NCBI GenBank assembly: GCA_964016885.1
Contig: OZ024740.1
Coordinates: 199,392,001-199,456,000 of the forward strand
Reading direction: 5' to 3'
Source of the DNA: Eledone cirrhosa
Taxonomy: Eukaryota
DNA: 64,000 nt
Shown: piece after piece, positions 27,838-42,453 of the stretch
Numbering within the stretch: position 1 is the first letter of the stretch
Layout: the number at the start of each line of letters is the position of its first letter
Translations under genes and position numbers: made by a program
The notes under the pieces: generated by a model
Told to the model about the DNA's origin: nothing
What the model saw: only the letters and a program-made list of their open reading frames with translations
Database searches by the model: none

Positions 27838-29117
27838 ACTAAATTTGTTTCATAAATAATGACATACCCATGGAAATCACACCTTAACGGTCCGAAATTC
27901 GCCGCATAGCGGAAACTTGTTATGCAAATGAATGTATGAAAAATTGAAAAAAAACAACTGTTTATTTAAAGTACGCTGGGGGAGGATGAGAAGAAAGAGA
28001 GAGCGAAAAAGTTACTGTTATAGAGAAATACAGAGAAGAGAGAAATTTAACAGAGGATGAACTTATATAATGTAAATAAGTCTTAATGTTATATTAAAGT
28101 TACGTATATTTACTAATTATTTTGTGTTAGAATTCTAATAGAATACAATATAATATTAAGTTTTATAGGTATAAAAAAAATATAGATATATAGAAAAAAT
28201 AGATATATAGACAAAATAAATATATATAAAAATATAAGAATGTATATTGAAAATATAAGAATATATATTGAAAAATAATTTGAGAATGAATAGATATGAG
28301 TAGAAAATAGATAGAAGAATAGATATATGAATAGAGCAATAGATATATGAGTGCATATATTGGTATATTCTGTTATAGATAATTGTTTTAATAAGTTATG
28401 AGGGCTACTGGTTTATATTTATATGTAATGTTAATAATTAAATTAACTGTGTTAATATTAATATTTATATGTTTTTAATATTTTACAATGGGAAGATAGT
28501 GAAAATCTCAATTTTGTTTATTTATTAGTCAATATGAGACCATTTTGACGAAGATATAAGTTTTAAAGATATATTTAACCAGAATTAGTTATTGGTTATA
28601 ACCCTAATATTAAATATTAAAAAATATTAAAATATATTAAAATATTAAAAATATTAAAATATTAAAAAATATAAAAAAATATAATATAAAAATATTAAAA
28701 TTCTGGAAAAAATTCTGGAAAAAATTTCTAGAAAAAGTTTTAAAAAAAATCTTTAAGAATCTCAAAATATACTAAAAAAAAAACCTTTTTAAAAAATACT
28801 TAAACTATTTAAAATGATTAAAATTATTTTAAAATATTTAAAATATTTAAACATAAAAGAAATACATAATTTTAAAAAAATAAGTAATTTATAAATAAAT
28901 GAGATTTTTTGGAAGTAAAAATAAAAATGAAAGATTTAAGCAGTAATGAATAAAGATGTAACAATTATTTAGCAGTAAAGAATAAAGATTTCATATGTAA
29001 AAAATAAAGATTTAATATGTAAAAAATAATAAAAAAATAAGTAAAAAATATTAAAATTAAAATTAAAGTTAAAATTTAAATTTAAATGTTTTTTAAATTT
29101 ATGATCATATATGTATA

Positions 29118-29620
29118 TCATATAATACATTTTAATAAGTGAAAGGTGGCATTGGAATATATCGAACAATATGTAGAAAAAATTATAAGTGTAATTACAT
29201 TCTTAAATGTTGAATTTAGGCGATGTTTACAAGAACTAAATAAATTCATACGTATATTAATAGATTTCTTACATTTAAGTATGAAGAAACTTTCTTCAAC
29301 AGACAATATGCAAAGTCTAGATAAAGCTCTGTATCTGTAGGCAGGTGCTTTTGAAATTAAATCCTAAGTTAAAGAATAGTTTGTATTTTTAGATTTTAAG
29401 TTCCATATCAGGTTTGATAGAGAAGTTGAAGATTTTTTACCAATATTATTAAACGACCATTTGTGACTATTGAAACGGGATTTGAATCTGTAGAAGTAGA
29501 ACCTATATAGTTAAATATATGATCATTAGTTTTGACAGAGCATTTATATACGGCATCTTTATGTAAGCATTGATTTTTTAAAGGAGAGTTTGATTTAATT
29601 CTACAATTACATTTAGCACT
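29118..29620 (-). pseudogene. Naiad-like GIY-YIG endonuclease remnant
   Basis: Hand translation gives CNCRIKSNSPLKNQCLHKDAVYKCSVKTNDHIFNYIGSTS, then SINIRMNLFSSCKHR. Confidence 0.8.
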
Positions 29621-30474
29621 TTAATATTTTTTATATTTTTAAATATTTTAAAATATTTTTTAATATTTAATATTAGGGTTATAACCAATAAATATTTCTG
29701 GCTAAATATATCTTTCAAAACTTATATCTTCGTCAGCATGGTCTCATACTAACTAATAAATAAACAACATTAGCATTATCACTATCTTCCCAATTTAAAA
29801 TATTTAAAATATTAAAAACTTATAAATATTCATATTAACTCAGTTAAATTAATTACTTACACTAAATATAAATATAAACCAGTACCCCTCATAACTTATT
29901 AAAACAATTATCTATAACAGAATATACCCATAGATGCACTCATATATCTATTCCTCTTTCATATATCTATTCTTCTATCTATATTTTCTATCTATTTTCT
30001 ACTTATATCTATTCATTCTCAATTTATTTTTCAATATATATTCTTATATTTTCAATATACATTCTTATAGTTTTATATATATCTATATTTCTATATTTTC
30101 TTTATACCTATAAAACTTAATATTATATTGTATTCTATTAGAATTCTAACAACAAAATAATTAGTAAATATACGTAACTTTAATATAAAATTAAGACTTA
30201 TTTATGTTATATGAGTTCATCGTATGTTAAATTTCTCTCTTCTCTCTATTTCTCTATATATCTCATAACAGTAACTTTTTCGCTCTCTCTTTCTTCTCAT
30301 GCTCCCCCAGCGTAATTTAAATGAACGGTTGTTTTTTTTCAATTTTTCATACATTCATTTGCATATTCACACATAACATGGAATTACTCCTAATAAGTTT
30401 CCACAACCCAGCGAATTTCGGACCGTTAAGGTGTAATTTCCGTGGGTGTGTCATTATTATGAAACAAATTTTGT

Positions 30475-30537
30475 ATTTTATCTGATGAAAGCGCACCAAG
30501 TTTTGCCTGGTCTCTCTTGAAATATATATAATAAAAT
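30475..30537 (+). ncRNA. Type I hammerhead ribozyme
   Basis: attttat-CTGATGA-aagcgcaccaagttttgcctggtctctctt-GAA-ATATATAT-A-ataaaat. Confidence 0.8.
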
Positions 30538-30669
30538 AAATATGGTTTTATAAATATAGTTTCCATTTATTATTATCTTGGAATATTTACTCCAGTAACT
30601 TGATGAGTGCTCTATATCAGTTATAAACATTTATGTTTGTCGGAATTCCAACAAATTAAATATAACTCC

Positions 30670-30767
<98 letters not shown>

Positions 30768-31153
30768 AGACATGCTTAGGATTATCGTGAATGCAGTAAT
30801 GGTTAATTACTACACTAGAGAGATGATGGGTTACCCAACGAGTTATGGAAGAATAGTTGAAGAAACTCAGTTTCTGATCCTTCTGTATTCAGGAGTGTTC
30901 ATAAAGAATGAATAATAACAGGTGGATATCATAAAAAGGTAATTTAATCCGAGTGTTTACAAATGTTTCAACAGTAGTTATACAGCCTAGTCATGCTATG
31001 TGCAAATTAGTAATTATTTGCAGAAACTCAATTTTCAAATGCTGCTCCAACCTTTTCCTCAGAGCAGAATGATTATAAGGTAAATACACTTGTATTTCTT
31101 AAAGAAAGTTATTGGGGAAGATAGAGTATAAAAAGAAGAGAGAAAGAAGGGGG

Positions 31154-31281
<128 letters not shown>

Positions 31282-31720
31282 TAGGGGTTGGAGAAATGGA
31301 AGAGAGTGGTTTAAAGAATACAGATCGCTTAATCAAAATGTTGTGGTAGGGGTTTTATTATACTCTTTACTCTTAAAGTGACAACCTTAGGTATTGTGTT
31401 GATATAGTCAAGTTAGGAATTATTTATTCCCTCAGAGAGCAGATTCATAGATGTGGGGAGGGAGGGAGGTAGACCGAGGGCGAGAGAGAGAAGAAGTGAG
31501 AGAGAGAAAGAAAGAGAGATACAGAGGAGACAGACGAAAGCTGCGAGATGGGTATACATCGTGTTCATAGTTGTAGTCTACAAATAGTACTCAAGTATCC
31601 ATTTATAATGATAAGCAGGGTATTGTCTTGTAGTGTGGGGGTAGGGGATATAGTTAGGAAGTAGTTATTGAGAGAAATTAGTTAGCGAGAAAGCGATGTT
31701 GTAGTCTCGGGTTCGAATGT

Positions 31721-33165
31721 TAAGTTATTTTATAGTGAGAGAATTTAGCCTTCAGTTTGTGGTTACAGCATAACCATCGTTCGATTCTGTCATTTAGTAA
31801 TTTATTTTTGGATTTTAAGATATAAAAGAGTTCCATAATATGATTACTTCAATCCACTCCGATATGCACTAGCGCTGGATAGTTTATCCCATTTCAAGGT
31901 GAACTGCCGGTTGCATTCTCGGAGTTGCCAGGTCTTATTGGCGAACGTAGTCACAAAACGGTGTTTAGGATGTTTAATCGAAAATCGATGACGATACCAG
32001 CGAGATTTAAAGGAGGTAGTGGTAGACCCGATATAATACCATTTCTGGTCGTTCGATTCGACAGTGCATTGATAAACAATGTTGGACTCTAGGCATTTAT
32101 ACTTCAATGGGCATATTTCGGGTAGGTGACAGTTGCAGTTTTCGTTGTGGGTAGCAGGTATACCATGGAGAGGTTGGGATAACAGTTCAGGTGGGTTGTG
32201 TAATACCCGTCTCCCACTTGGTGGCTGGGAGGCCGATACTACGTTATGCTCATCTGTTACTAAAATATTTTGTTTTGTAGTGTTGTTTAATAATTGCTTT
32301 AAGTTAAGTTTTTTCATGTATTCTTCAAGGTTTGGTGCAGTGGAGTGTGATAGCTTAATAGTCTTAGAGTTTATAATCTTACTGTATTTATGGGAACTAG
32401 GGAAATGCTTGTTAATTAACTAAAGAATGAAAGAGATAGTTTTGTACTAATCGAAGCATTAACAATGGGATTATACCAGATATACTTTCTACAACGTAAT
32501 TTATTTGAGTTTGGTGATGATTTTCTATTATTAGTATGTCTGGTGGTACTGCGTGCGTGCGCTTGTATTTCTGTACCCCGGTTACATATTCTTTGATTTC
32601 ATGTGTAGCTATGTGACTTATGGAGATTCTTATCAATGTATTCTATTTTATCACGGTGGTTGTGCATTCCTTAATGTGCTACTATAGTATTCAGCTTGTT
32701 CACTGACAAATTTCAGAGTTAGACGATAGGCGAGAGATTCTGAGAGAAATACTACGGGGAACCGACTTGATCATGAAGAGTGGGTGATTTGAGTTAACAT
32801 TAATATAGGTAAGGTTCTCATTTATCTTGTGGAAGGGTCGTATCAGTCCAGTATTCAAATTAAGAGTTACGTCTAGAAAATGTACCACATTAAGATTGTA
32901 TTCATACGTTATTTTTAGACCTAATTCACTAAAAGATATTCTAATGTTTTTCCGTAGCCTTTCAAGATTTTGGTTATTTAAATTATTAACTAATAAAAGA
33001 GCGTCATCTCTATATATTCTCCCCTGTAGATTTTCCATGTAGTATGTGGGCTATGTTAATTTCCACAAGATCCGTGACCTCCGCTGAGTCGTTAGAGCCC
33101 ATGGTGATGTCGAAATTTGTTGGTCTGTCTCTACGTTCCCAGTAGCAGTTATCAAACTTAGTTCT
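31721..33165 (-). pseudogene. Naiad-like PLE RT C-terminus plus GIY-YIG, frameshifted
   Basis: ITMGSNDSAEVTDLV, IYRDDALL, FLDVTLNL, SNHP, CNCHLPEICPLKYKC (CxCx5Cx5C), IVYQC and YYIGST. Confidence 0.88.
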
Positions 33166-33315
33166 ACAGATTTCATACTGTGTGATGTGTATATATATAT
33201 TTTTTTTTCTTTGACTTCGAGTCGGTGTCTGTGGGTGTTAAGTGTGTGTGTACCCGCTCACATTAACTGTGACCGACTGTATTTCTACAGATTTGATTGA
33301 TGTCCAGAGTCCTTT

Positions 33316-33428
33316 GCAATTTGATAGCAATTTGATAGCAATTTGATAGCAATTTGATAGTTTTATGGCCTTAACTGAATTTGATAGCAATTTGATAGTT
33401 TTATGACCTTAACTGAAGTTGATAGCAG
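33316..33428. repeat. Minisatellite of 11-bp units (CAATTTGATAG)
   Basis: Direct tandem copies with two ttttatg(g/a)ccttaactgaa interruptions. Confidence 0.85.
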
Positions 33429-33779
33429 TCGACGCATTTTGACTGCTTAATCTTCATATGAGGGAATAAACTCTGTGAGTGAACATTGCTAATTTTCTCC
33501 CTCATATCAAGAATTTGAAGATAATTCATTTTCACCTGATGAGATCAGTGATAATTGATCATGGCTTCACGATCGATCTATCTCTTATTGAAACATGTGT
33601 CGTGATTAAAATGATTGGACATTTTACCTTACCTTCGGATTTTCATTTTGATACTAATACTCCGTTTTACATCATCTAGCTGTTCCCTTGAATGGAATTG
33701 GAGATATACTAAAGCGTGGATAACTTAATATTTCTAACAAAAGTTTATTGGACCGTTTTGCACAACTAATAATACACCT

Positions 33780-33825
<46 letters not shown>

Positions 33826-33828
<3 letters not shown>

Positions 33829-34485
33829 TATATTACACAAAGAGAAGTGTGTTACACAGTGAGATGTGTGTAGAGAATTATTACAAGTGAGTTTTACCGT
33901 TACTGTATAGAGAACAATATCTACACGTTTAGCAATTAAATAGAAAAGAAGTCAGAATCAGATCTCTGAAATAGAGTTTTAAATTACCAACCTTATAACT
34001 ATAAGTTTGCTGATACGAATCTAATTCGTTTCCCCACAGAAAAGTGCAGTTTAACAGCCCACAGGTTCATCAGTCAGCAATTGTGGATTCTGTTCACGAC
34101 ACATCTAACCCCATGGATAGAGAGAAAGCTAATATACACGCTGCTCAAAGTAGGACGAAATCACGTGTTATTTGCATCAAATAACGGCTCTCATGGATTG
34201 GGGAACATGCTAGAGAGGGCAGCCCAACCATTCGAATTTATTAGCTCAACAATTTGGAGCTCGTTAAGTATACGAGGATATGAATTAAGAATATTCCGCA
34301 GTTCACAGTAATAATAATAATATTAGCTCAAAGAAGAATAGAGAATTTTCTTCTGAGCTCAAATAGAGATATATTACACAAAGAGAAGTGTATTACACAG
34401 TGAGATGTGTGTAAAGAATTATTACAAGTGAGTTTTACCGTTAGTGTATAGAGAACAATATCTACAGGTTTAGCAATTAAATAGA
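33826..34485 (-). mobile_element. Non-coding 541-bp unit with 119-bp direct terminal redundancy and one HHR
   Basis: 33826-33944 is repeated at 34367-34485, with an HHR between the repeats and a TA tract on the left. Confidence 0.75.
34007..34080 (-). ncRNA. Type I hammerhead ribozyme
   Basis: Reverse complement reads ttgctga-CTGATGA-acctg...tggg-GAAAC-gaattagattc-GTA-tcagcaa, with a 7-bp stem I and a 6-bp stem III. Confidence 0.85.
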
Positions 34486-34568
34486 GTTTCGACGGTTATT
34501 TCTGGAGTCCAGAAATAGCCGTTGAAACGGCTTGCGCTTTACCGTCGGAATTTTGAACATTTTCTTAT
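34486..34568. mobile_element. Family A fold-back fragment
   Basis: gtttcgacggttatttctgga-gtccagaaatagccgttGAAAC-ggcttgcgctttacc-GTC. Confidence 0.7.
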
Positions 34569-37149
34569 ATATATAGAGAGAGAGATATATAGATATATAG
34601 ATATATACGACATGTTCCTACACGTTCTCAATCTACAAATCTTAACTAATAAGTTATTGGTTTACCCAAGGATAAAGCAGTAAACAGTTGGTCGGTACCT
34701 CGCAGTCGGACCGTACCTGAATCTACTTAGTGGTGAAGCAAGTATCTTAATCAAACAGACAGGCGTGCATTGCATATCTGGATTAATAGAGACGTATAGG
34801 AATACATACATAATAAACATATAATTCTCGTCCGTCGCGGTTATTTTAAACGGTGATCGTCTTACAGCTTTTAAAATATCCGTGTACGAATGACAAATAT
34901 TAGTCTTTGAGATTATTTATATATCTTCAGTAATGTCTATTCACTCGTGACCGAGGCATGATAAGCTGTTAGGTTGGAAACAATGCATTGTAGATTCACC
35001 TCACTGAAGATGGATACAAATCATGAAATACTATCATTTGTCGTTCTTGTGTGGCTACTGGCGTAGCTGCTAAATTACAACAGCTGAAAATAGCTGAAAG
35101 TATATTGGAAGTATCACTAGAGCTGCGAGGAACATGCTGTGCGGCATAGAGCTACGTCCCTTTACATTATGAATGGAAATGCCGCCTTGGATTGCTTACC
35201 CTTTAATGCATAAGATCCGAGAAAATGGATACCGGTAACGCACTGTGTGTTTGGGGGTCGACTTTCCCCTCCCCTCAAATTGTTCAATTTGTGCCTAAAT
35301 CAGAAACGATTATTACACACACATACTGTATATACTTCCATATGTGACTTTATTATGAATTATACTGTGTTATTGCTATTGCTGATTAATCTTGTCGCTT
35401 AATGACCAGAAGCTGAGGCTTCCAGACTCTTATGTATTGTTTTAAGCATCTATCTGAAGGACTTGTATTATATAAATATGTTAAACACTTAAATCTCTAC
35501 TTAACTGCTCACTCTTTTGTAATTAAGGAACTCATCAAACATCTTCTGCTTGCAGCTAAATTAATATGCGTTCCGAATATTTCTAATAAGTTTTGATTAG
35601 TTTTCCAGCTGTTGGTAAGATAATCCATATCATCTCAGAGTACAAGTTATTAGAGAATTTGTAACTAATTTATACATTTTAAATTAAATATTTCATTTTC
35701 TATTTTTTCCTGTATTGCTTTTGTTGGTCATGAGGGTGGTGGTGGTAGTTGCAGAGGTGGTGATTCTTGTGATAAACTCAGAATTAGTTTAACTCTACAA
35801 CATTCTCTAAATTATTACTTGAAAATAATTACTTATATTGCCACAGGTTATCAGATGGATAATAGCTTTGACAATGCTGGAAGTGATAATATTTAATCGT
35901 CTTTTTTTTTTTATCCTTACATTTGTTAAGTAGATGCCGTCGGATGTGAAGCGAAGCAGTACTGAATTAAATCTTGAATTAAAATTGGATTTCTATGAAA
36001 ATATTTCAATTGATTGAGCATTTGATAAAGGAATTGAGATTTCAAGGCTGGTCACAAAAAACGTCGATTTCAAATCTCACTGGAGTTAAATTTTTCAATA
36101 CACTGCCTGAGCCCGTGAATCTTCTAGGGTTTAATGAGGATAGACACAGCCACCCCAAGTTTACAGTTAAATATGACATTTCAAAGGATTTATTTATAAG
36201 TGATATATATATACATATATACGTATGTACACGTACATACATATATTATACAGACGCACAGTAGTATGTATATATATATATACATGCACACATATATATA
36301 TGTACGTATGGATTCACCGAACATTTATTATAATGCTCGGTGTGTTTGTAAACAAACATGCCGTATTAAGCCGTAGTGTCTAGCAACCATCGTTGCTCGT
36401 TTGTTCAACACTGACAAAGGAACGCTGTACTAGTTTCAAGCTTATTAGCTATCGTCAGCAACGTATACCTTCCTGCCAGATTGTTGAACGTATATACTTA
36501 CCTTATGCATATTAACAACGTACTAAGAGTGGGAAATGAAATTTCGTTTCATTTTTTCCGTATATACATATATTTATATATAAATACACAAAAGCACACT
36601 CACACACACTGAGACTCGCACACACACACACGCACACGCACACACACACACAAACACACACACACACACACACCTATAAATATATATATATATATATACA
36701 TATGTATACACATATATTATAATCGTCCGGGATTTAAAGAAAATAATGTTGGCAGGTACACATTTACCACCTCCCAGTCGCTTCCCATAAAGACTTGTTA
36801 CAACATAGAATTCCGAACATTTTTTGGTTATGTCCTTGAGAAATACACTTCATTCCCATTGTTCCTGCACACTCAACATACACAAAATGAATACCAGCTA
36901 AAAAGAGGAGTCAATTCTGTGACGGACTATCTTCTACTCGCAGTCATTAAATGGTAACAGACCCGAGACAGGCTCCGGTCTGGTGAGTCTTTGGACCTAG
37001 TAATTATTAAGTATTGTAACATCTCTAGTCATGTATGCCAATGAAATATTGATAATTATTTACCCACCGAAAGATTTATATGTGCTCAATGGTAATGGTT
37101 ACAATAGCGTTCAGATTTCATCATTTCTAACGAAGTTCAGCAGCCTGCT

Positions 37150-37400
37150 CTGGTAAATTAACGAACAGGCTGCTCACACTTCTACAGAACATTCTCTGTT
37201 AAAATATTTCTCTGGAAGATTCAGGGTAACACACCGTGACACAAGGTTGGTCTTTTGAATTAGAAATAAAATCCATTCTTATTAGCTGAGCAAACTCAAG
37301 CATCCTGAAATAAAGTGTGTTCGACAAGTGCGCAACAGCCACCAAGGATCAAACATGTGTCCTCACTATCATGAGCCAGCACACTAACAGCTACTCACAG
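37150..37400 (-). mobile_element. Old degenerate SINE
   Basis: agctgagcaaactcaagcatcctgaaataaagtgtgttcgacaag resembles cephalopod tRNA-SINE bodies as I recall them. A similar relic lies at 34600-34770. Confidence 0.4.
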
Positions 37401-38092
37401 TATATTCTAGCCTATTCGGCACCCTTATACATTAGCAATTCTCTATCTTCTTTAATGAATTTTATACGTGGTAATTGCTATTTATAATGTTATTGCTTCA
37501 GTGCAAAAACAAATAACGTATTCTAATCAATCGCATAAAAATATTATTCAGTGGAATTGTACAAACGCACAAATACACATTCGCAAAAAAGAAACACATT
37601 CACTCACAAATGCATGTATGTATGGACCGGCATCTCCTGATGAAATCGTAACTACGTTGTAGTATCACATAAGCTGTCTTAGATACTTTAAACCTAGCGA
37701 TGCATATATACACTCGCCAGAGCTGTACACAACTGATGCCATCAAGGGAAAGAGAAGGAGGTGAGAATGGGAGAAAAGATGTATAAACAATATATAGAGG
37801 AATAATTCAACCCAGAATCGGACTGGTATTGTTTATATATATATAAAGAAGAAGGTTGTTTTCATTTTTTTGTTGGTAATATCAGGTTTATGGAATGATT
37901 ATGTAACAGTTAATGAAATGTCAGCTTACCAGAAGGGTCAATCAACATGTATAATGGAATCCCGCGAGATAGGATTCCATCTGTTAATCCATTGGTATTG
38001 TTGTCAGTTCTTAATACCTCACGGAGTAATTATAGTTGATGTGTTAGGGAAACAAAGAAAGCGTAATTAGAAAAATATTTCCTAACAATATA

Positions 38093-38164
<72 letters not shown>

Positions 38165-40206
38165 CGTGTGCGCGCGCGTGTGTGCGTGCGTGAGTGTGTG
38201 TGTGTGTGTATGTGTGTGTGTGTGTGTGTGTGCGTGTGTGTGTGTATGCGTGCGTGCGTGTGTGTGCGTTAATTTTCCAGTCCGGCCTTCTGTTGTTGTT
38301 TTAATCAATATATTATATATATATGTGTTTGCGTATGTTTGTGTCCGTGTGTGCGTGTGTGTATGTGTGTGTGTATATACATATGTGTATGTGTGTGTGT
38401 ATAAAGTATGCAGTTGAAAACCCAGGATGACCACGGGTCAGATTATTACTCTTTGTATGATGAGATAATTAATCAACTTAGAGTTATTAGAAACTTAAAC
38501 CACGGAGCTCACGGTCGGCCCTTTATTTTATTAATATGTGTATGCATGTGTATGTGTATGTTTGTGTATGGATGAAATTTTGTGCATTTGTGTTTGCATA
38601 TATCTGTATTTCCAAATATCAATGCCAGAGATGTTACGTAAAAGAATTCCAGAATCTCATTCTCTTTAGTTATCAGTTTCTGCTAAACCAGTGATGGTTT
38701 CTCCAATTGTATGTCACTCAATCGAATTTGTAATCACAATCAATTCAGAAATAAAATATCGAAGCAAAATGGATATTGTCCAGGCTAAATGAAATAAATG
38801 CAAGCAATACATTTCAAGGGCTTTCCAATTTGAAACGGTTAAAATAATCAACCTTAATCTAGATAACCGTATGTCAGATGCGATAATTTCAGAGAAAACA
38901 TTTATTTACGACGCCAGTCAAACGATCCTATTTCTATAGAGAACTCTATCTAAAGTAATTAAAGCAAGAGCTTCTGTTTGATAGATCTAACTTGAAAGGA
39001 CTAATTTGAAAGGGATCCTTCATGCACGAGTAACAACCATCTAGTGAGTGAATGTTTAAATTGCTGAATGAGATGACATCAAAATGCAATCGTGTTTTAT
39101 TGTCACTTATTATGGGAAAGTCAGGGATGTTCAGTGACGTTACACATGTGGATGGAAGGCTCTTCGGCGTTCTTACCTTTTTGTTTAAATTCAAATCTCG
39201 CCCGTGTTATCCTTTTTAGGCTGGTTTATTCTTCCACTTTTCCCGTCTATCTGTCTCATCTCCCTATTCTTCTATTTCTCTTTGGCTCCATCCTTCTCTC
39301 ACAGTCTCTGAAATAAATCGGATGGGTTTAGAAATGGAGTGGGCTGTTTCTCCAGGTTTAAGGCCCGTATGTTACGATGGCATCCCCACGTTTCTATTAG
39401 ATATTAAAGTTACTGACCCGACAATTATTAGAAATCCCCACGACAACATCCATCTCTTTTTAATTATGATTAATTAAATTTTTGTAGACGTTATTGTCAA
39501 TATTATTGCTAACTTGAGATATTACGTTACGAAGCTATGAGCTACGCGCTGAGAGATTAAATTCTGCCAAAAAGCAGGCCCTCTGCGTAAATTAGTGGAT
39601 ATTCTTTCGTGGTGGTGGTAGGGATGGGGGGGGGGTCTCATATTTGTTATCATTGTATAATTATGAATCTACAATCTAAAATTTGTGTGCACGCGTGTTG
39701 TGGTGGTGGTGTGTGTGTGTGTGTGCGCGTGTGTGGGTGTATGTGTATGTGTGTCCGCAGCATGCTCAAGCGATTAAGATATTCGCTTCACAAACGGCCT
39801 GTCTTGTCACGCTATAAATGTATTCGTTGCTCGTGTAGAGTTTAATGAGGCCAAATGAATGAAGACCAGACGGCCTAAAGCAAATGAACTGTCTACCTAC
39901 AAGGAATTCCAAATTGCGGAAATGAAAATGAAAGGCAAAATGAATTAGGGTCTGTCACTGCTGGAAAACCTCTAGATACTTGACAATTCGATATACCGTA
40001 CAGGTGAGAAAATGTGTGGCACACTAACCGGAGCCACACATACGCAATACATGTAATGATAATCTCCTATATATGACTATTCGCCCAATGCAGAGTATAC
40101 CAAAGCCGACAGTACCTAGAGCGAAATTCGACCTTGATGATCTTCGAATAAAGGAAATCAGGGACTTCGGGATAAAGGCGAAGTGTTCCACTCTGACAAT
40201 CATGCT

Positions 40207-40308
40207 ATTTCTCACTCCGAGAATGTTTTGTGGGAGAATATGTGGGTCCTTGGGCAAGAGCGCAAGAACCCACATATTATCCCACAAAACATTCTCGGAG
40301 TGAGAAAT
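40207..40308. repeat. Near-perfect hairpin with arms of about 46 bp
   Basis: atttctcactccgagaatgttttgtggga...cttg and caag...tcccacaaaacattctcggagtgagaaat. Confidence 0.85.
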
Positions 40309-40823
40309 GGAGGAAATCTCTTAGCACTTGACCCCGTTTAGGACAATTTTTTACTGAATGTAGATGGGGAAACTATTGCAAGTAATGCCATTTCTGGTGG
40401 CTAATGGCTACATGGATGGTAAGATACAAATAACTAGAGGGATAGATAATGGATCAGGATTTCCCCAATTTTAAACTAGTAAGACCATTATTCAGCAGAA
40501 TACTCAATATCTTGAATATTAGAGTGTAAATATATTAGACAGTCCAGTATATAAACATATATAAAGAGAATGGAACAGAGAGAAGAGAGAGTAGATGGCA
40601 TACCGTTAAAGAAGGGAAGGAAAGCAGGAGTAAAATAAATTACCCAATGTATTAGAAGAAAAAATTATTAATTTCATTGACTCTACAAGACTGGAAGCGT
40701 TACATTCTGTACTGAAATCACCGGAAAGCTTTCTGTTGATTTTATCATCCAATGAGATAGTTACATATATATATATTTCATGTCTATATACTCACACACA
40801 CAATCAAACACATACAGACTCGT

Positions 40824-40868
<45 letters not shown>

Positions 40869-40871
40869 GAA

Positions 40872-40939
<68 letters not shown>

Positions 40940-40943
<4 letters not shown>

Positions 40944-41173
40944 AAGTTAAATAAAAAGTCAAATGATTAAAATTTAGCTTCGTTTATTACTGGTATATAT
41001 ATTTCAGTGACAGCCATCTTTGGCTGTGACCTCTTCAGGCAGTCCGAATTAGTGTGGTATAGACAAGTACATATGTTGTTGAGGTGTATAATTTTGTAAA
41101 TACTCTGATATGCCCAGTTCCTGGTTGGGTTGTTATTTCACTGAGGAACTTCCTCAGTGAAATAACAACCCAA
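40940..41173 (-). mobile_element. pLTR fragment of the 24456-27701 family, with an HHR (40990-41042) and a terminal fold-back
   Basis: Matches 24540-24750 and ends in the hairpin gttgggttgttatttcactgaggaa/ttcctcagtgaaataacaacccaac. Confidence 0.85.
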
Positions 41174-41431
41174 CCTTTAAATTCTACGCTTAATCATAAC
41201 TTTTAGCTTTATCATGCCTCCTTCTACTAGCACTTAATTAAATCTCCCACCAGTGTGAATAACTAGTAATCGTTTGGTATATACAATGACCAGCCGGCGG
41301 TGGCAGTCTACCCGTCAACACACCCGACGCTTAAGACAGTTACATTCCTGGAGTGTTTGGATAAATAAATTTCCATTTCTTTCGCTAGACTATAATACTC
41401 GGAACGGCTGACACGCCGTTGGGCCCCGGGC

Positions 41432-42398
41432 TGGTGAAAAAAATACTAACTATGGACAATAGGGTTTGCCAGATTCAATTTAAGAATAAATCAAGTAAAT
41501 AAATACAAACTGGAATTGTGGTAACTACCAATCACCCAGACAGCGTTTGGTCATGGTGCGTTATTATATATACGTTATTATATATACGTTATTATATATA
41601 CGCACACTATTCAGTTTTCTGATATACTTAGAAGTGAGGAGCTTACTAATTCTTCACACACTGATGAGCAAGAATTGGTAATCCCCTTCACAATTAATTT
41701 GCAAAACAACATAGTTACCATAATTCCAGTTTGTATTTATTTTCTTGATTTATTCTTAAATTGAGTCTGACAAACCCTATTGTCCATAGTCAGTATTTTT
41801 TTCACCCTGGCGAATCTGGTCCCTTACGATTTGAAAACATATATGTACAGTATATATCTATGTTTATCTCTCTTTTATATTCAATTATAATATACAACCC
41901 GGAAAAATCTTCTTCCTAGAGATATTTTATTGTAAGAGATTATTTTGAGTTTCTAACTCAATATATACCTTTGATATATTCGGCTCCGTTAATTTTTGAG
42001 CTAATTTAAATGTTGAGTAACATTGGCTGCTATTTTTAGTGGTTTAAGTTTGTGAAACACGGTAGATTCTGATACCATGTGCGGTGTTATATATACGCAC
42101 ACTATACAGTTTTCTGATATACTTAGAAGTGAGGAGCTTACTAATTCTTCACACACTGATGAGCAAGAATTGGTAATCCTCTTCACAATTAATTTGCGAA
42201 ACAGTACAGCCAAACGCTGTCTGGGTGAATGGTAGTCACCACAAGTGCGGATTCCATTTATTTTCTTGATTTATTCTTCAATTGAGCCTGACAAACCCTA
42301 TTGCCCATAGTGAGTATTTTGTTCACCTTAGCAAATCTGGTCTCTTACTATTTGAACACATATGTGTATATATCTGTGTCTATCTCTCTTTTATATTC

Positions 42399-42405
<7 letters not shown>
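41432..42405 (+). mobile_element. Non-coding HHR element: inverted fragment plus a partial tandem of a unit of about 500-520 bp
   Basis: 41590-41890 is repeated at 42087-42405, and 41432-41550 is an inverted copy. Confidence 0.75.
42150..42227 (+). ncRNA. Type I hammerhead ribozyme
   Basis: cacaca-CTGATGA-gcaagaattg...caattaatttgc-GAAAC-agtacagccaaacgct-GTC-tgggtg. Confidence 0.8.

Positions 42406-42450
<45 letters not shown>

Positions 42451-42453
<3 letters not shown>

Larger units (their letters stand above)
27747..30672 (-). mobile_element. 5'-truncated Naiad-like PLE with inverted pLTRs (family D), in (TA)n
   Basis: Arms about 27747-28640 and 29625-30570 enclose the endonuclease remnant. 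Tail 30570-30672. Confidence 0.85.

Noticed and set aside
35916-35956. 41-nt minus-strand micro-exon candidate near 35920-35960 (LLRFTSDGIYLTN)
   Set aside because: Plausible AG/GT ends, but too short to support without transcript data.
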